A DNA stretch of 64,000 nt from an uncultured candidatus Porisulfidus sp. (GTDB lineage Bacteria > Pseudomonadota > Gammaproteobacteria > Poriferisulfidales > Oxydemutatoraceae). Positions within the stretch are counted from its first letter, which is position 1. Each line of letters begins with the position of its first letter. The stretch covers positions 1,248,001-1,312,000 of the forward strand of contig OZ244052.1 in the NCBI GenBank assembly GCA_965215125.1, written 5' to 3'. Under the pieces are notes generated by a model. It ran no database searches and was not told the DNA's origin. It saw nothing but the letters and a program-made list of their open reading frames with translations. Below, piece after piece: positions 1 through 10,966 of this stretch. Made by a program: the position numbers and the translations under genes.

Positions 1-1
1 T

Positions 2-427
2 ATTGCGTCGCTGGTTATTTTAGTAGATCAAATACTCAAAGCCTACGCTTACGAGATCAGTAAATCGTTATCGGTCTTCGTCGGATTGATTATTACCAAC
101 TGTATCGTGTTGGGGCGTGCCGAGGCTTTTGCAATGAAAAGCCCGGTTGCCGAGAGCTTTATGGACGGCTTGGGGAACGGTTTGGGATATAGTTTGGTTT
201 TAATCGTGGTCGGCACAATCCGGGAGTTATTCGGATCCGGCACCTTATTGGGTTATCCGGTGCTACTGCCGTTATCGGAAGGTGGGTGGTATCAACCCAA
301 CGGCTTGTTGCTGTTGCCGCCGAGTGCTTTTTTCATTATCGGTCTGATGATTTGGGTCATACGGGCTTATCGCCCGGTACAAGTAGAACAAGCCGAGTTT
401 AGGATACAAACCGCAAAAACCGCTTAG
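2..427 (+). CDS. nqrD: Na+-translocating NADH:quinone reductase subunit D (5' part outside window)
   Basis: Frame open from base 2: [17 protein letters not shown]...[20 protein letters not shown]; directly upstream of nqrE/F. Confidence 0.95.
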   Translation: MASLVILVDQILKAYAYEISKSLSVFVGLIITNCIVLGRAEAFAMKSPVAESFMDGLGNGLGYSLVLIVVGTIRELFGSGTLLGYPVLLPLSEGGWYQPNGLLLLPPSAFFIIGLMIWVIRAYRPVQVEQAEFRIQTAKTA

Positions 428-429
428 TC

Positions 430-1038
430 ATGGAAGCGCAGTTATCGTTATTAATCAGAGCCGTCTTTATAGAAAATCTGGCACTCGCTTTCTTTCTGGG
501 TATGTGCACTTTTCTGGCCATCTCCAAGAAAATGGAGAACGCTATCGGTTTAGGGATTGCGGTGATTGTCGTGCAAAGTCTGACCGTGCCTATCAATAAT
601 CTGATTTATCAATTCGTACTGAAGAAGGGTGCCCTAGCATGGGCGGGTCTACCGGAGATAGATTTATCGTTTTTGGGTTTCATCAGCTATATCGGTATCA
701 TCGCTGCAGTGGTACAGATACTAGAGATGTTTTTGGATCGTTTCGTGCCGGTGCTATATAACGCATTGGGCATTTTTCTGCCGTTGATTACGGTGAACTG
801 TGCGATCCTCGGTGGTTCGCTTTTTATGGTTGAACGTAGCTACGATTTCAACGAAAGCGTAATTTATGGTTTCGGCAGCGGGCTGGGGTGGGCATTGGCG
901 ATTATTGCGCTTGCCGGCATCCGTGAAAAACTCAAGTACAGCGATGTGCCGGAAGGCTTACGTGGTTTGGGTATTACCTTTATCACAGTGGGCTTGATGT
1001 CGTTGGGCTTTATGGCGTTTTCCGGTATACAATTATAG
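430..1038 (+). CDS. nqrE: Na+-NQR subunit E
   Basis: [29 protein letters not shown] and FMAFSGIQL motifs. Confidence 0.96.
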   Translation: MEAQLSLLIRAVFIENLALAFFLGMCTFLAISKKMENAIGLGIAVIVVQSLTVPINNLIYQFVLKKGALAWAGLPEIDLSFLGFISYIGIIAAVVQILEMFLDRFVPVLYNALGIFLPLITVNCAILGGSLFMVERSYDFNESVIYGFGSGLGWALAIIALAGIREKLKYSDVPEGLRGLGITFITVGLMSLGFMAFSGIQL

Positions 1039-1051
1039 TTGGAGTATAGAA

Positions 1052-2272
1052 ATGTTGGAGATTAGTTTAGGTGTAGGTTTTTTTATCGCTATCGTTTTGA
1101 TGCAAGTGCTGATTATCCGCGTTGCACGCGGCTTTTTGGTCTCAACCGGCAATGTCAAATTAACGGTGAATAACGAGCGCGAATTGAATGCGCAAGTCGG
1201 TAGTAAATTGCTTCCGGCACTTGCGAACAACGGTTTATTCGTATCTTCGGCTTGCGGCGGCGGCGGCACTTGCGGTCAATGCCGCGTCAAGGTGTTGTCC
1301 GGCGGCGGTGCGATCTTGCCTACCGAGGAAACCTATATCAACAAGCGAGAACAACACGAAGGCTATAGGCTATCCTGCCAGTTGACGGTTAAGCAAGATA
1401 TACGGCTGGAGTTGTTGCCCGAAGTGTTCGGATGCAAGCAGTGGTTGTGCAAAGTAAGGTCTAACGAGAATGTCGCAACCTTTATCAAGAATTTGGTTCT
1501 GGAGCTTCCCGAAGGCGAGGTTGTAGATTTTCGTGCCGGCGGTTATATACAAATAGAATGTCCACCGCACCGAGTTTGTTTTTCGGATTTTGATATCAAC
1601 ACCGAGTTCAGAGATGCATGGGATAATTTTAATCTATGGCAATACGAATCGGAGACCAAAGCGGCGGTCTCACGCGCGTATTCAATGGCGAACTATCCCG
1701 ACGAAAAAGGCATCATCATGTTGAATGTGCGTATTGCCACACCACCACCGAAGAGTGATTTTGCACCCGGTATTATGTCGTCTTATTTGTTTTCCTTACA
1801 GCCCGGCGACACGGTTAAAATTTCCGGCCCCTTCGGTGAATTCTTTGCCAAAGACACTTTGAACGAGATGATTTTTATCGGTGGCGGCGCAGGTATGGCA
1901 CCTATGCGTTCTCATATATTCGATCAACTAAAGCGGCTACATAACGACCGGCGTAAAATTAGCTTTTGGTACGGCGCGCGTAGTTATAGAGAAGCCTTTT
2001 TTATAGAAGACTTCGACACCTTGCAAAAACAGTTTGACAACTTTGAATGGCACCTTGCGCTATCGGACCCGCAACCGGAAGATCAGTGGCAAGGTTATAC
2101 CGGTTTTATACACCAAGTGTTGTACGATAATTATCTGGGGCAACACGAAGCCCCCGAGGATTGCGAGTACTATATTTGTGGTCCGCCGATGATGAACACC
2201 GCAGTGATAGAAATGCTACGCCGATTGGGCGTTGAAGACGATAATGTCTTCTTCGACGATTTCGGCGGATGA
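1052..2272 (+). CDS. nqrF: Na+-NQR subunit F
   Basis: [12 protein letters not shown] 2Fe-2S motif, [16 protein letters not shown]-terminal DDFGG. Confidence 0.97.
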   Translation: MLEISLGVGFFIAIVLMQVLIIRVARGFLVSTGNVKLTVNNERELNAQVGSKLLPALANNGLFVSSACGGGGTCGQCRVKVLSGGGAILPTEETYINKREQHEGYRLSCQLTVKQDIRLELLPEVFGCKQWLCKVRSNENVATFIKNLVLELPEGEVVDFRAGGYIQIECPPHRVCFSDFDINTEFRDAWDNFNLWQYESETKAAVSRAYSMANYPDEKGIIMLNVRIATPPPKSDFAPGIMSSYLFSLQPGDTVKISGPFGEFFAKDTLNEMIFIGGGAGMAPMRSHIFDQLKRLHNDRRKISFWYGARSYREAFFIEDFDTLQKQFDNFEWHLALSDPQPEDQWQGYTGFIHQVLYDNYLGQHEAPEDCEYYICGPPMMNTAVIEMLRRLGVEDDNVFFDDFGG

Positions 2273-3330
2273 ATGTGTTCAACTTGACGATAGTCGGTTA
2301 TCATCGTTCCGGCAAGCTCGTTTTGTCGACGGCACTCTTGTTGATGCTCGTTGCATGTGGTGGTGAACTGCCGCATAACGAGCGCCGTCTCGGCGGTGAA
2401 ACGATGGGAACCTCATGGTCTATCAAGCTATACAGTCCCATCTCCGACGAGCAATTCAGTTTAATCTCCACGGAGAGCATCGACATGCTTGCCGATCTGA
2501 ACCAAAAACTATCTACCTACAAACAGGACTCGGAGATTACCCGTTTTAATTTATCGTCCGAACTCGGCTGGCAGCCGGTTTCCGATGAATTCGCTACTTT
2601 GGTTGAAAAGGCACTTCTCATCAGCGAATTATCGCAAGGTGCGTTTGATATAACGGTATCGCCTTTGGTTGATTTATGGGGGTTCTCCAAAGATGAAAAA
2701 GAGACGATGGCCTTCCCGAGCGCAGATGAGATTGCACGTGTTAAGGCGACTACCGGGTATCGGTATTTACAAGTGCGCAAGCAACCGCCGGCATTAAAAA
2801 AAGTGCTTCCCGAACTCCATATAGATTTATCGGCAATCGCCAAAGGCTACGCCGCAGATCGCTTGGCAACAATGTTGGAAGCGCACGGTGTGATTAATTA
2901 TCTTGCCGAGGTCGGAGGCGAACTGAAGGCATCCGGTATTAGCAAGGCGTTGCGTCCTTGGCTTGTGGGTGTTGAAAAGCCGGTTCCGGGATGGCGCGAA
3001 ATCATGCGCGCCGTAGAAGTGCGCGGCAACGGTGTTGGCACTTCGGGAGACTACCGCAATTTTATAGAAATAAACGGCACGCGCTATTCTCATACCATAG
3101 ACCCGCGTAGTGGAATGCCAACCGTCTACAAGGGGGCATCGGTAACCGTAATTACGGAAAGCGCGTTGGCGGCAGATGCTTGGGCAACTGCCTTTTTTAT
3201 TCTGCCCAAGGATGAAGCACTACGGCTTTCGGAACAGCATCAGTTGGGCATCTATTATGTAGAGCAGTCCGAAGACGGATTTGTACAAACGATGAACAGC
3301 CGGTTCGCCGATTATTTGGTACACGAATAA
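2269..3330 (+). CDS. apbE: FAD:protein FMN transferase lipoprotein
   Basis: Lipobox [30 protein letters not shown]; follows nqrF. Confidence 0.93.
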   Translation: MNVFNLTIVGYHRSGKLVLSTALLLMLVACGGELPHNERRLGGETMGTSWSIKLYSPISDEQFSLISTESIDMLADLNQKLSTYKQDSEITRFNLSSELGWQPVSDEFATLVEKALLISELSQGAFDITVSPLVDLWGFSKDEKETMAFPSADEIARVKATTGYRYLQVRKQPPALKKVLPELHIDLSAIAKGYAADRLATMLEAHGVINYLAEVGGELKASGISKALRPWLVGVEKPVPGWREIMRAVEVRGNGVGTSGDYRNFIEINGTRYSHTIDPRSGMPTVYKGASVTVITESALAADAWATAFFILPKDEALRLSEQHQLGIYYVEQSEDGFVQTMNSRFADYLVHE

Positions 3331-3351
3331 ATGTTTCTATAGAGTGATAGT

Positions 3352-3537
3352 ATGTGGTTGACCTTTGTTATTGCGTTTATCGTGTTTGTGCTTGTAGCTT
3401 TGGCACTGGCAATAGGCTTGCTGATCTCGGGTAAAACGATAAAAGGGAGTTGCGGTGGCATAAACTGCGGGTTATGTAAAGACGAATCCACTGCGTGTAA
3501 GCGAGCAGATATGTTCAAAGATACGGCAAAAGACTAA
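3352..3537 (+). CDS. nqrM: Na+-NQR maturation factor
   Basis: N-terminal TM helix, then IKGSCGG and further Cys; position after apbE. Confidence 0.85.
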   Translation: MWLTFVIAFIVFVLVALALAIGLLISGKTIKGSCGGINCGLCKDESTACKRADMFKDTAKD

Positions 3538-3539
3538 GT

Positions 3540-4715
3540 ATGGAGAAAATAACGAAGCAAGCACTGAAAAATGTAATTGATACAAGAAGAGAAGCATCGA
3601 TTCTGGATGTTAGGACGCTTAGAGAATACATTGACTTTAGCATAAAAAACATACCGTTTATACCTCTTGAGTTGTTAGACCATATTCAACACCCGGAAGC
3701 GAAGTGGAATAAATCTAAACCTGTTTATGTCATATCTTACGCCGAGGCGCGTGCTAAAGCATTTTGTCATAAATTGGAGGCTTTAGGTTATCGCACATTT
3801 TACATAAAGGAGGGTGGAGTAAAGGCATGGTGCAGGAAAAATCTTTCTATAATAAACATAATAGATCTTCGGGACACTGATAAATCGGCATTATTGGCTA
3901 CAAACGGCACAGGATCTGATTTTGTCTTTAATTTTAAGATACTCAAACAGCAAGCAGCAGGTTGGGCAAATTATCTGAATGAGATAATAAGCATAGCGTG
4001 GGTTTTTGAAAAAATGAATTGCAATATTAAGTTTGTCTTTGAGGAAGATTCTAGTTATTTTGAAAATTCTACTCCTAAAGTTTTGCAGGAGTCTTCGTTT
4101 GAGAATTGTATAGCTTTACGATTTATCAGGAGAGCATTTGGCGATTATTCTATGTTAATTTCTTCGGAATATGCATACAGCGTAATGTCAAGACTAACCA
4201 TTAACAAAAAGATACAAGAGCAAGCCGATGAATGGGTTCGCGCCAATCTAAAAGGCAATTGGATCGGAGTTCATTTTCGGGGAACTGATTTAACAAAACA
4301 GCGCAGCAAAGATTATATAGAACCAGATACTTATATTTCTTACTTAAAGAAAGTTGTAGCTAAGAACCTTAATATTTTCGCCTGCTCCGATCAAGCCCAG
4401 TTTATTGACAAAATGCATGAGGCATTTCCCGATAGAGTGTTCGCTAGAAGTATTCGACGTTCTTACGATCAAAAGCCCTTGCACCGTCGTACTCATTATA
4501 AAGGACCTCAACAAAAAAAAGATGCGCTGATAGATATTTTAATTTTATCTAAAGCCGATCTAATCTATAAGACGGGAGGTAGGTTTTCGAACTCAACTAG
4601 ATATTTCAATCCTGAAATCAAAATTATTACTCCTAATAAACGGTGGTGTGCATATATTTCCGAGAATTTTGTCGGTATCCCTAAAGCAGATTTACCGGCA
4701 AGGTCAAATTTTTGA
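3540..4715 (+). CDS. Chimeric protein: degenerate rhodanese domain fused to NodZ/O-fucosyltransferase-like GT-B domain
   Basis: N-terminal ~100 aa resemble the rhodanese at 5656; C-terminal GVHFRGTD, FACSD, DILILSKAD motifs; AT-rich. Confidence 0.65.
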   Translation: MEKITKQALKNVIDTRREASILDVRTLREYIDFSIKNIPFIPLELLDHIQHPEAKWNKSKPVYVISYAEARAKAFCHKLEALGYRTFYIKEGGVKAWCRKNLSIINIIDLRDTDKSALLATNGTGSDFVFNFKILKQQAAGWANYLNEIISIAWVFEKMNCNIKFVFEEDSSYFENSTPKVLQESSFENCIALRFIRRAFGDYSMLISSEYAYSVMSRLTINKKIQEQADEWVRANLKGNWIGVHFRGTDLTKQRSKDYIEPDTYISYLKKVVAKNLNIFACSDQAQFIDKMHEAFPDRVFARSIRRSYDQKPLHRRTHYKGPQQKKDALIDILILSKADLIYKTGGRFSNSTRYFNPEIKIITPNKRWCAYISENFVGIPKADLPARSNF

Positions 4716-4775
4716 AACACTACTATGGGAAATTACGCGCCCGATTGACGAACATTTAGTGTTATTATTGAACCT

Positions 4776-5612
4776 ATGTATTCTACGATTATTTCAGTGC
4801 AAGAAATTGCAACACAACTAGATAACCCTAAATGGATTGTTTTTGATTGTTGTTTCAACGTCACTCAACCCCAATGGGGAAGAGAGCAATATAACGCGGG
4901 GCACATACCCGGTGCTTACTACTGCGATTTAGACCGGGATTTATCGTCACCGCCTACGCCCGATAGTGGTCGTCATCCGTTGCCCGACCCTCAAACTTTA
5001 GGCGCAAAATTAGCCTCTTGGGGCGTGTCTGCCGATAGTCAGGTCGTGGTGTATGACGAAGCGGTCGGGGCGGTTGCAGCCAGAATGTGGTGGGTGTTGC
5101 GGTGGCTCGGACATACCTCGGTTGCGGTACTAGACGGCGGTTTAAGTAAATGGGAGGAAGCAGGTCATCCGTTGAGTACGGAATTGCCTCAAGAAAGAGC
5201 AAAGGGTAATTTTCAACCGCATCCTGACGATGATTTATGGGTATCTACCACCAAGATTGAACGGATTAGAGCAGACGAACAAACGATTTTAATAGATGCC
5301 CGTTCCAAAGCTCGTTTTTGTGGTGAAGAAGAGCAGGTAGACCCTGTAGGTGGCCATATTCCCGGCGCGGTGAATCGTCCTTTAACCGATAATATGGGGA
5401 GCGACGGTTTTTTCCTCTCACCGCAAAGATTACGCGAGGATTATGAACCGCTATGCCGTGAGCGTATCATTCACTATTGCGGTTCGGGTGTAACCGCATG
5501 CCATAATTTATTGGCGATGGAGATGTCGGGTTTAGGCCTACGGCAATTGTACGTAGGCTCTTGGAGTGAATGGATACGCGACAAGGCGCGTCCGATAGCA
5601 ACGGGTGACTAA
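4776..5612 (+). CDS. sseA: Two-domain thiosulfate/3-mercaptopyruvate sulfurtransferase
   Basis: GHIPGA twice, GRHPLP, active site YCGSGVTAC, LYVGSWSEW. Confidence 0.9.
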   Translation: MYSTIISVQEIATQLDNPKWIVFDCCFNVTQPQWGREQYNAGHIPGAYYCDLDRDLSSPPTPDSGRHPLPDPQTLGAKLASWGVSADSQVVVYDEAVGAVAARMWWVLRWLGHTSVAVLDGGLSKWEEAGHPLSTELPQERAKGNFQPHPDDDLWVSTTKIERIRADEQTILIDARSKARFCGEEEQVDPVGGHIPGAVNRPLTDNMGSDGFFLSPQRLREDYEPLCRERIIHYCGSGVTACHNLLAMEMSGLGLRQLYVGSWSEWIRDKARPIATGD

Positions 5613-5655
5613 AAGTTTTAGACCAAGTACATTCCAACAATTATGGAGAATCAAT

Positions 5656-6198
5656 ATGGAAAAGATAACAGTACAAGAGTTGAAAAAAGAAATTGATGCG
5701 GGCACCTCTGCACAAATCGTTGATGTCAGAACGCCCAGCGAATACATTGGCGAGAGGATAGAGCAAGCGGTATCGGTTCCGTTGATTCATTTTGATCGAT
5801 TGGCGATGAGTTTGGACAAATCCCGCGATGTTTATGCGATGTGTCGTGGCGGACAACGTGCCTCGGAGTTTTGTCGCAAATTGGATGCTTTAGGTTATCG
5901 TACATTTTGTGTGGAAGGTGGTTTGTCGGCATGGCTTAAACAAGATTTTCCCGTGGTACGTGCCCCGAGCCAACCGTGGTCGCTTGAACGGCAGACACGG
6001 TTTGCAATCGGGTTTATAGTATTCATCGGGGTATTTTTGGCATTGACCGTACATCCTCATTTTATCTATTTATCCGGTTTTGTCGGGATCGGGCTGATGT
6101 ATTCGGGGGTCGCCGATTTTTGTGGAATGTCTTTGTTGTTGGCGAAGATGCCTTGGAATAAAGTACGAGACGAGCCTATCAAACAGGCTTTGTCGTGA
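5656..6198 (+). CDS. Rhodanese-domain membrane protein (YgaP/DUF2892 type)
   Basis: DVRTPSEY, CRGGQRA, then SLERQ and two TM helices ending CGM..LLAKMPWN. Confidence 0.85.
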   Translation: MEKITVQELKKEIDAGTSAQIVDVRTPSEYIGERIEQAVSVPLIHFDRLAMSLDKSRDVYAMCRGGQRASEFCRKLDALGYRTFCVEGGLSAWLKQDFPVVRAPSQPWSLERQTRFAIGFIVFIGVFLALTVHPHFIYLSGFVGIGLMYSGVADFCGMSLLLAKMPWNKVRDEPIKQALS

Positions 6199-6761
6199 AG
6201 TACTGCAGTGCATGTGGGTCCGATAATTTAGTTCATAAACTGCCGAGAGGCGACACCAAAGAACGCATCGTATGCAATAACTGCGGTCATATTTTCTATC
6301 ATAATCCTAAAATAGTAACGGGTTGCATACTTGAATGGCAACAACGGATTCTGTTATGCAAGCGTGCAATAGAGCCGCGAGTCAATTTTTGGACGGTACC
6401 CGCCGGTTTTCTGGAAAACGGCGAGTCGGTTATCGAAGCGGCTGCCCGCGAAGCCGAGGAGGAAGCGTGTGCGGAAAGCGAAGGTTTGGTTATGCACAGT
6501 TTTTATAACATCAGGCATGTCAACCAAGTTTATATACTCTACCGCGGCATTCTAAAGGACGGACGCTACGGTGTCGGACAAGAAAGCAACGATGCCATGT
6601 TATGTGCCGAAGCCGAGATACCCTGGGATCAAATCGCTTTTCCGGTAATAAAGGAAGGATTGAGGCTTTATTTTAAGGACCGTAGCCATAAAACTTATGG
6701 TTACCACGAAGGCGATATCTATAGGGACGGCGACGGGAAAATACAGATCACTCGTTATTGA
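6195..6761 (+). CDS. Nudix hydrolase with N-terminal zinc ribbon
   Basis: CSAC...CNNC, YHNPK, Nudix box GFLENGESVIEAAAREAEEE. Confidence 0.9.
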   Translation: MKYCSACGSDNLVHKLPRGDTKERIVCNNCGHIFYHNPKIVTGCILEWQQRILLCKRAIEPRVNFWTVPAGFLENGESVIEAAAREAEEEACAESEGLVMHSFYNIRHVNQVYILYRGILKDGRYGVGQESNDAMLCAEAEIPWDQIAFPVIKEGLRLYFKDRSHKTYGYHEGDIYRDGDGKIQITRY

Positions 6762-7075
6762 GACTCGTTTGCGGAGCCGCCCAAACAAGGCGGCGATTCG
6801 GGTACGCGTGCTTTTTTAGCCTGCCACTCATCGGGGCTTAGTGTGTGTAATGCCAACGCATGCATGCCGTCTTCCATCAACTCGGAAAGTGCGGCATATA
6901 CCGCTTGATGACGTTTGACTAATCCCAGCTGTTCAAATTCGGTTGCTACAATGGTCACCTTAAAATGAGACTCGGAACCGGACGGCACATTGTGTTGTCC
7001 GCTCTCGTCCACGACTTCAAGATAATCCGGTGCGAAACTTTGGGTTAATTTATCCGCGATCTGCTGTTGCTTCAT
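6755..7075 (-). CDS. bolA: BolA family protein
   Basis: VVDESGQHNVP.GSESHFKV, RHQAVY, HALALH. Confidence 0.92.
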   Translation of the reverse strand: MKQQQIADKLTQSFAPDYLEVVDESGQHNVPSGSESHFKVTIVATEFEQLGLVKRHQAVYAALSELMEDGMHALALHTLSPDEWQAKKARVPESPPCLGGSANESQ

Positions 7076-7085
7076 TACATTAAAA

Positions 7086-7898
7086 CTATCTGCTTGATTG
7101 TGTCGGTTCTATTATAACGTCCCCATAAAAATTACGGCTATTATTAATAGTTTGGGTGATCAAATCGTCGATTCCGATATTGCGTCTTTGTGCAATATGT
7201 TGTGCGATGTGCGGGAGGAATGAAGGTTCGTTCGGTTTGCTATAAAAGTGTTTTCCCAGCGTGCGAGGTATTAGATAAGGCGCATCGGTTTCCAGCAACA
7301 AACGGTTTTCGGGTATCGCTGCAACTGCGGTGCGCAAGTCTTCTGCCCGTCGCTCGTCGCAAATCCACCCGGTTACACCGATATATAAATCCATGGTCGT
7401 ATAATCGTCCAGCATAGACCGATTGCCGGTAAAACAATGCACGACCGCATTGCTAAGATATTTACGGTGGGGTTTCAGTATCTCTATAAAATCTTCGTGG
7501 GCATTGCGTTGATGCATGAACAGAGGCAGCCCGGTATCGACTGCCAACTCAATTTGTTTTTCAAAAACGAATCGCTGTGTTTTAGGTGTAGACAAGTTTC
7601 TATAATAGTCAAGGCCGGCCTCTCCGATTGCTATGGCTTTAACATCGGCAGCTAGCCTTTTGAGGGTGGTGTAGCTTGCATCGGTCCATCGGTCGGCATG
7701 GTGGGGATGTATGCCCACATTTGCCCAAAGCACGTTGGCATGTTGATGTGCCAATTTCAATGCTACGGCACTGTCCTCTACATCGGAGCCGGGGACAATC
7801 ATAGCCTGCACACCGGCTTGCCTTGCGCGTTTCAACACATCGAGTAATTGCGCGTTCAACGCAGTGTGGCTAAGGTTGCAGCAAATATCAATCATCAC
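7086..7898 (-). CDS. tatD: TatD family deoxyribonuclease
   Basis: GIHPH, IGEAGLDY, HCFTG, LLLETDAPY. Confidence 0.92.
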   Translation of the reverse strand: MMIDICCNLSHTALNAQLLDVLKRARQAGVQAMIVPGSDVEDSAVALKLAHQHANVLWANVGIHPHHADRWTDASYTTLKRLAADVKAIAIGEAGLDYYRNLSTPKTQRFVFEKQIELAVDTGLPLFMHQRNAHEDFIEILKPHRKYLSNAVVHCFTGNRSMLDDYTTMDLYIGVTGWICDERRAEDLRTAVAAIPENRLLLETDAPYLIPRTLGKHFYSKPNEPSFLPHIAQHIAQRRNIGIDDLITQTINNSRNFYGDVIIEPTQSSR

Positions 7899-7914
7899 GG
7901 AATAGTCGCTATCG

Positions 7915-8853
7915 TCACAGCATCAATTTGTCCAACTCAAATTGCAACTGCTTTAGACTTTTGCACTGAATCAGTTTTATCTCTTTGGTTACGTCTCTAT
8001 AACTATTTCCCGTCGGTGCGTACAAGATAATGTCTATTTTGGGTTCGCGTAGGCGGATTTTGCGAAGTAGGTTGGGTGCATCGTCGTTGGTTTCGCTGCC
8101 GCAGCTCACGAAGATAAGCACCTTAGCCGAGGCTTGGTTGATCAGGTCGGCGATATCTTCTACGGAGGTTCGGGTATCTAAATAAATAGGATGCCATTTA
8201 TACGCCGCTACCAGAGCTAAGGTCTTTAAGCCGCTTAATTCTAGATCGTCCTCCAACGAACAAACCACCGCTGTGAATCGCTCTTTTTCTCTGCGGGTGC
8301 CTAACATAATCAGATATGTTTTGATTAGGTTATTAAAAATCTTGCGGTGTCCATCCAACAGATTACCTCTGCGACATTCGTCGCGTATATGAGTGAGTAG
8401 GGGCGTTAATAGATCTTCTACCATAAACACCGTGCCTAGAGATTTCTCGGCTTTCGTTAAAGTTTGAAATAAGGTGTGTGAGTCAAAATCCTTGATTGCG
8501 GTGATACAAGACTCTATATAATCCGACACCAAAAAAGTACTCTGTCTTTGATGTCGGGTGACGATAGGTTCGTTGGTGCCTTCGTCCTGCTCGATCATGT
8601 CAACCAATTTGGCATCGGATAGTTGCACGATGTCACTAATACGCCGCCCGCCTCTGCAGGCCTTAGCCAATAAAATGAGACGTTGAATATCCGCATCGCT
8701 ATAGACGCGTTGTCCGCTTTCGGTGCGTTGAGGTGAGATGGCACGATAACGAGTCTCCCATGCGCGTATGACTTCGGGACTCAACCCGCAGTAGCGGGCG
8801 ACGACACCTATCGTGTGTATAGATGTTTTTTTCTGCTGAATCATTTTGTACAA
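7915..8853 (-). CDS. MerR-family regulator with CarH/LitR-like (cobalamin-binding-fold) C-terminus
   Basis: IGVVARYCGLSPEVIRAWETRY..PQRTESGQRVYS HTH; helical cap then Rossmann-like domain. Confidence 0.75.
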   Translation of the reverse strand: MYKMIQQKKTSIHTIGVVARYCGLSPEVIRAWETRYRAISPQRTESGQRVYSDADIQRLILLAKACRGGRRISDIVQLSDAKLVDMIEQDEGTNEPIVTRHQRQSTFLVSDYIESCITAIKDFDSHTLFQTLTKAEKSLGTVFMVEDLLTPLLTHIRDECRRGNLLDGHRKIFNNLIKTYLIMLGTRREKERFTAVVCSLEDDLELSGLKTLALVAAYKWHPIYLDTRTSVEDIADLINQASAKVLIFVSCGSETNDDAPNLLRKIRLREPKIDIILYAPTGNSYRDVTKEIKLIQCKSLKQLQFELDKLML

Positions 8854-9034
8854 GTATTATTCATGCTAATTATGCCTTTATTTGGGTAATCATAGCAATT
8901 AAATTGCTCTTGTATTGTACAAAACGCCAAAAAAAAACTTTTTTTCTTTGCAAAAAGCTATATTATTTTGTCTATGAGCAATTTGCTCTAGTCATGAAAA
9001 TAGATTTTTTAACATTTAACGAGGAGATATAATT

Positions 9035-10177
9035 ATGAATAAATTTATGATAAATGCTCGCTACATGTTGGCACCTGCCACAATACTGCTCGCTATGTGG
9101 GGCGTCTTTATCGGCGGCCCGTGGGTATGGTTGGGTGTCTATATGCTAGGTGCAGGTATTCTTATAGACACGCTAGTCCCTAAGAAAACAATGGGCGCGG
9201 GTTTTGACGAAAACGGCGATACCAACGGTATTCCGAATTTCCAAAACGGTATCATGTATTTCATGCTAGCGGTGTTTGTGTTACTGCAAATAAACTTGGC
9301 ATGGCGGATTTACGAATATGCTACGGGTGTTCCTTTGGGGACGACCGAGATGTTCGGTATCACCGTCTACCAAGGCATCACCGGGCTGCAATTAGTCGGT
9401 GCGACGATCTCGTCCGGAATCTTTGCCGGGATAGGCATTATATATGGACACGAATTGGCGCACACCAAAGGCTTCAGCTTCGTGATTGCACGCTGGATGA
9501 TGGCACTGAGCGGTTCTTCTCATTTTTGCTATGCGCATGTCTACAATCACCACCTGGAGCTAGGTTGCTCGGACGATCCGGCAACCGCACCGCGTGGTCG
9601 TAGTCTATTCGGTCATCTTCCGTTGTCTTATCTGGGACAATCAAAGTTCCTTTACGGCATGGAAAAAGATCGTTTAGCACGCAAAGGTGTGCCGTTCTTA
9701 TCGTGGCAGAACCGCTGGCTTAGAGGTTATGCAATGAGCTTGCCGTCTCTATTCCTGTTTTGGTTGGCAGGCGGATGGCTTGGTGTTGCGTGTCTTGCGC
9801 TGGTTTGGTTAATTTCCAATTTTGAATTGGAAGCACTGAACTATCTAGAGCATTACGGCTTGATTCGTGAGAAAGGTCAGCCTATAGACTACCGTCATTC
9901 GTGGGATAACTCTACTGCTTTGACCAGTTGGTATTTCATAGAAATCGGTCGTCAGGCGGATCACCACGATCGTGGTGAGACACACTTTTGGGAACTCGAC
10001 GAAGTCGGCGCACCCAACACCAACTGCGGTTATTTTATGTTGTTTGCCATCGCATTGTTCCCGATGTTGTTCCATAAATTGATGGAAACCGAACTCAAGA
10101 AATGGGACGACAACGAAGCCGTAGAAGGCGAGCGTCAAATTGCCGATGCAATGAATCAACATGCGGGTTATGCTTAA
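9035..10177 (+). CDS. AlkB-family membrane di-iron monooxygenase
   Basis: His boxes HELAH, HVYNHH, NYLEHYG, ADHH; DDPATAPRG; TM helices. Confidence 0.85.
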   Translation: MNKFMINARYMLAPATILLAMWGVFIGGPWVWLGVYMLGAGILIDTLVPKKTMGAGFDENGDTNGIPNFQNGIMYFMLAVFVLLQINLAWRIYEYATGVPLGTTEMFGITVYQGITGLQLVGATISSGIFAGIGIIYGHELAHTKGFSFVIARWMMALSGSSHFCYAHVYNHHLELGCSDDPATAPRGRSLFGHLPLSYLGQSKFLYGMEKDRLARKGVPFLSWQNRWLRGYAMSLPSLFLFWLAGGWLGVACLALVWLISNFELEALNYLEHYGLIREKGQPIDYRHSWDNSTALTSWYFIEIGRQADHHDRGETHFWELDEVGAPNTNCGYFMLFAIALFPMLFHKLMETELKKWDDNEAVEGERQIADAMNQHAGYA

Positions 10178-10204
10178 TTTATAAGTATTTATTTGTATGT
10201 TAGG

Positions 10205-10240
10205 AAGCCGCCGATGCGAGCGCGTCGGCGGCTTTTTTTA
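10205..10240 (+). terminator. Intrinsic terminator after the alkB-like gene
   Basis: AAGCCGCCGATGCG-AG-CGCGTCGGCGGCTT hairpin followed by a T-run. Confidence 0.85.
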
Positions 10241-10259
10241 TTGGGTTATAATCGTTGTC

Positions 10260-10952
10260 GTGAGTAGTGACCTAATAGATCAAATCATATCGGGTAGCGA
10301 TGAGAGGCAAACCCGTGCCGGCTTGGAAAATCACTTGCGAGAGATCGAACGAAATCTCGCACGGTTGCCTGCCGCTGCTATGAATGAACGGCAAATGCTC
10401 TCGCTTGAGAAAGCTGGGGTTTTAGTAGAACTGGAGGACAAACCACAAGCGTGGAAACTCGCCCGCACCGGCTTTGATTATTTTTTGGAAACCGATCAGT
10501 GGCAATTCGCAGTGGAAGCGTGCGAACTTGTCTACCGTTGCGACTGCGAGGATTCAATTCCGGCATTGGGTATGGCGTGCTGGCTTGCGATTACCTACCC
10601 GATTGACCCGATTTTATCAATTCGTGTTCTGCACTATGTCATAGACGAAACCCCGGATGACTCGGACGGCGGTGCCGTGGCAGCGGTCGTTGCGCATTAT
10701 GTTGCCGATTTGCGAGTATCCGGCGAACAGCGAGATAGCTTGTTGTTTATAACCAAACAGAAGATTGCCGATGTCGCTCGTCGTCATCGTAATATCACCG
10801 ACGAGGAAAGCATCAATATCTGGATGGAGATCTTGGGACTCAAAGATGCCGAGGAATTTTTACCGGCAATGGCAAAAGTAATAGATGTTATTACCGGCGA
10901 CACATGGTGGTTTGATAGAGAACGGTTGCGCGCCCGACTACCGTTCAATTGA
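10260..10952 (+). CDS. Hypothetical helical (TPR-like) protein
   Basis: Long ORF; GTG start at 10260 chosen because it lies after the terminator; no catalytic motif recognised. Confidence 0.6.
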   Translation: MSSDLIDQIISGSDERQTRAGLENHLREIERNLARLPAAAMNERQMLSLEKAGVLVELEDKPQAWKLARTGFDYFLETDQWQFAVEACELVYRCDCEDSIPALGMACWLAITYPIDPILSIRVLHYVIDETPDDSDGGAVAAVVAHYVADLRVSGEQRDSLLFITKQKIADVARRHRNITDEESINIWMEILGLKDAEEFLPAMAKVIDVITGDTWWFDRERLRARLPFN

Positions 10953-10966
10953 TATGTCGTAGCAAG

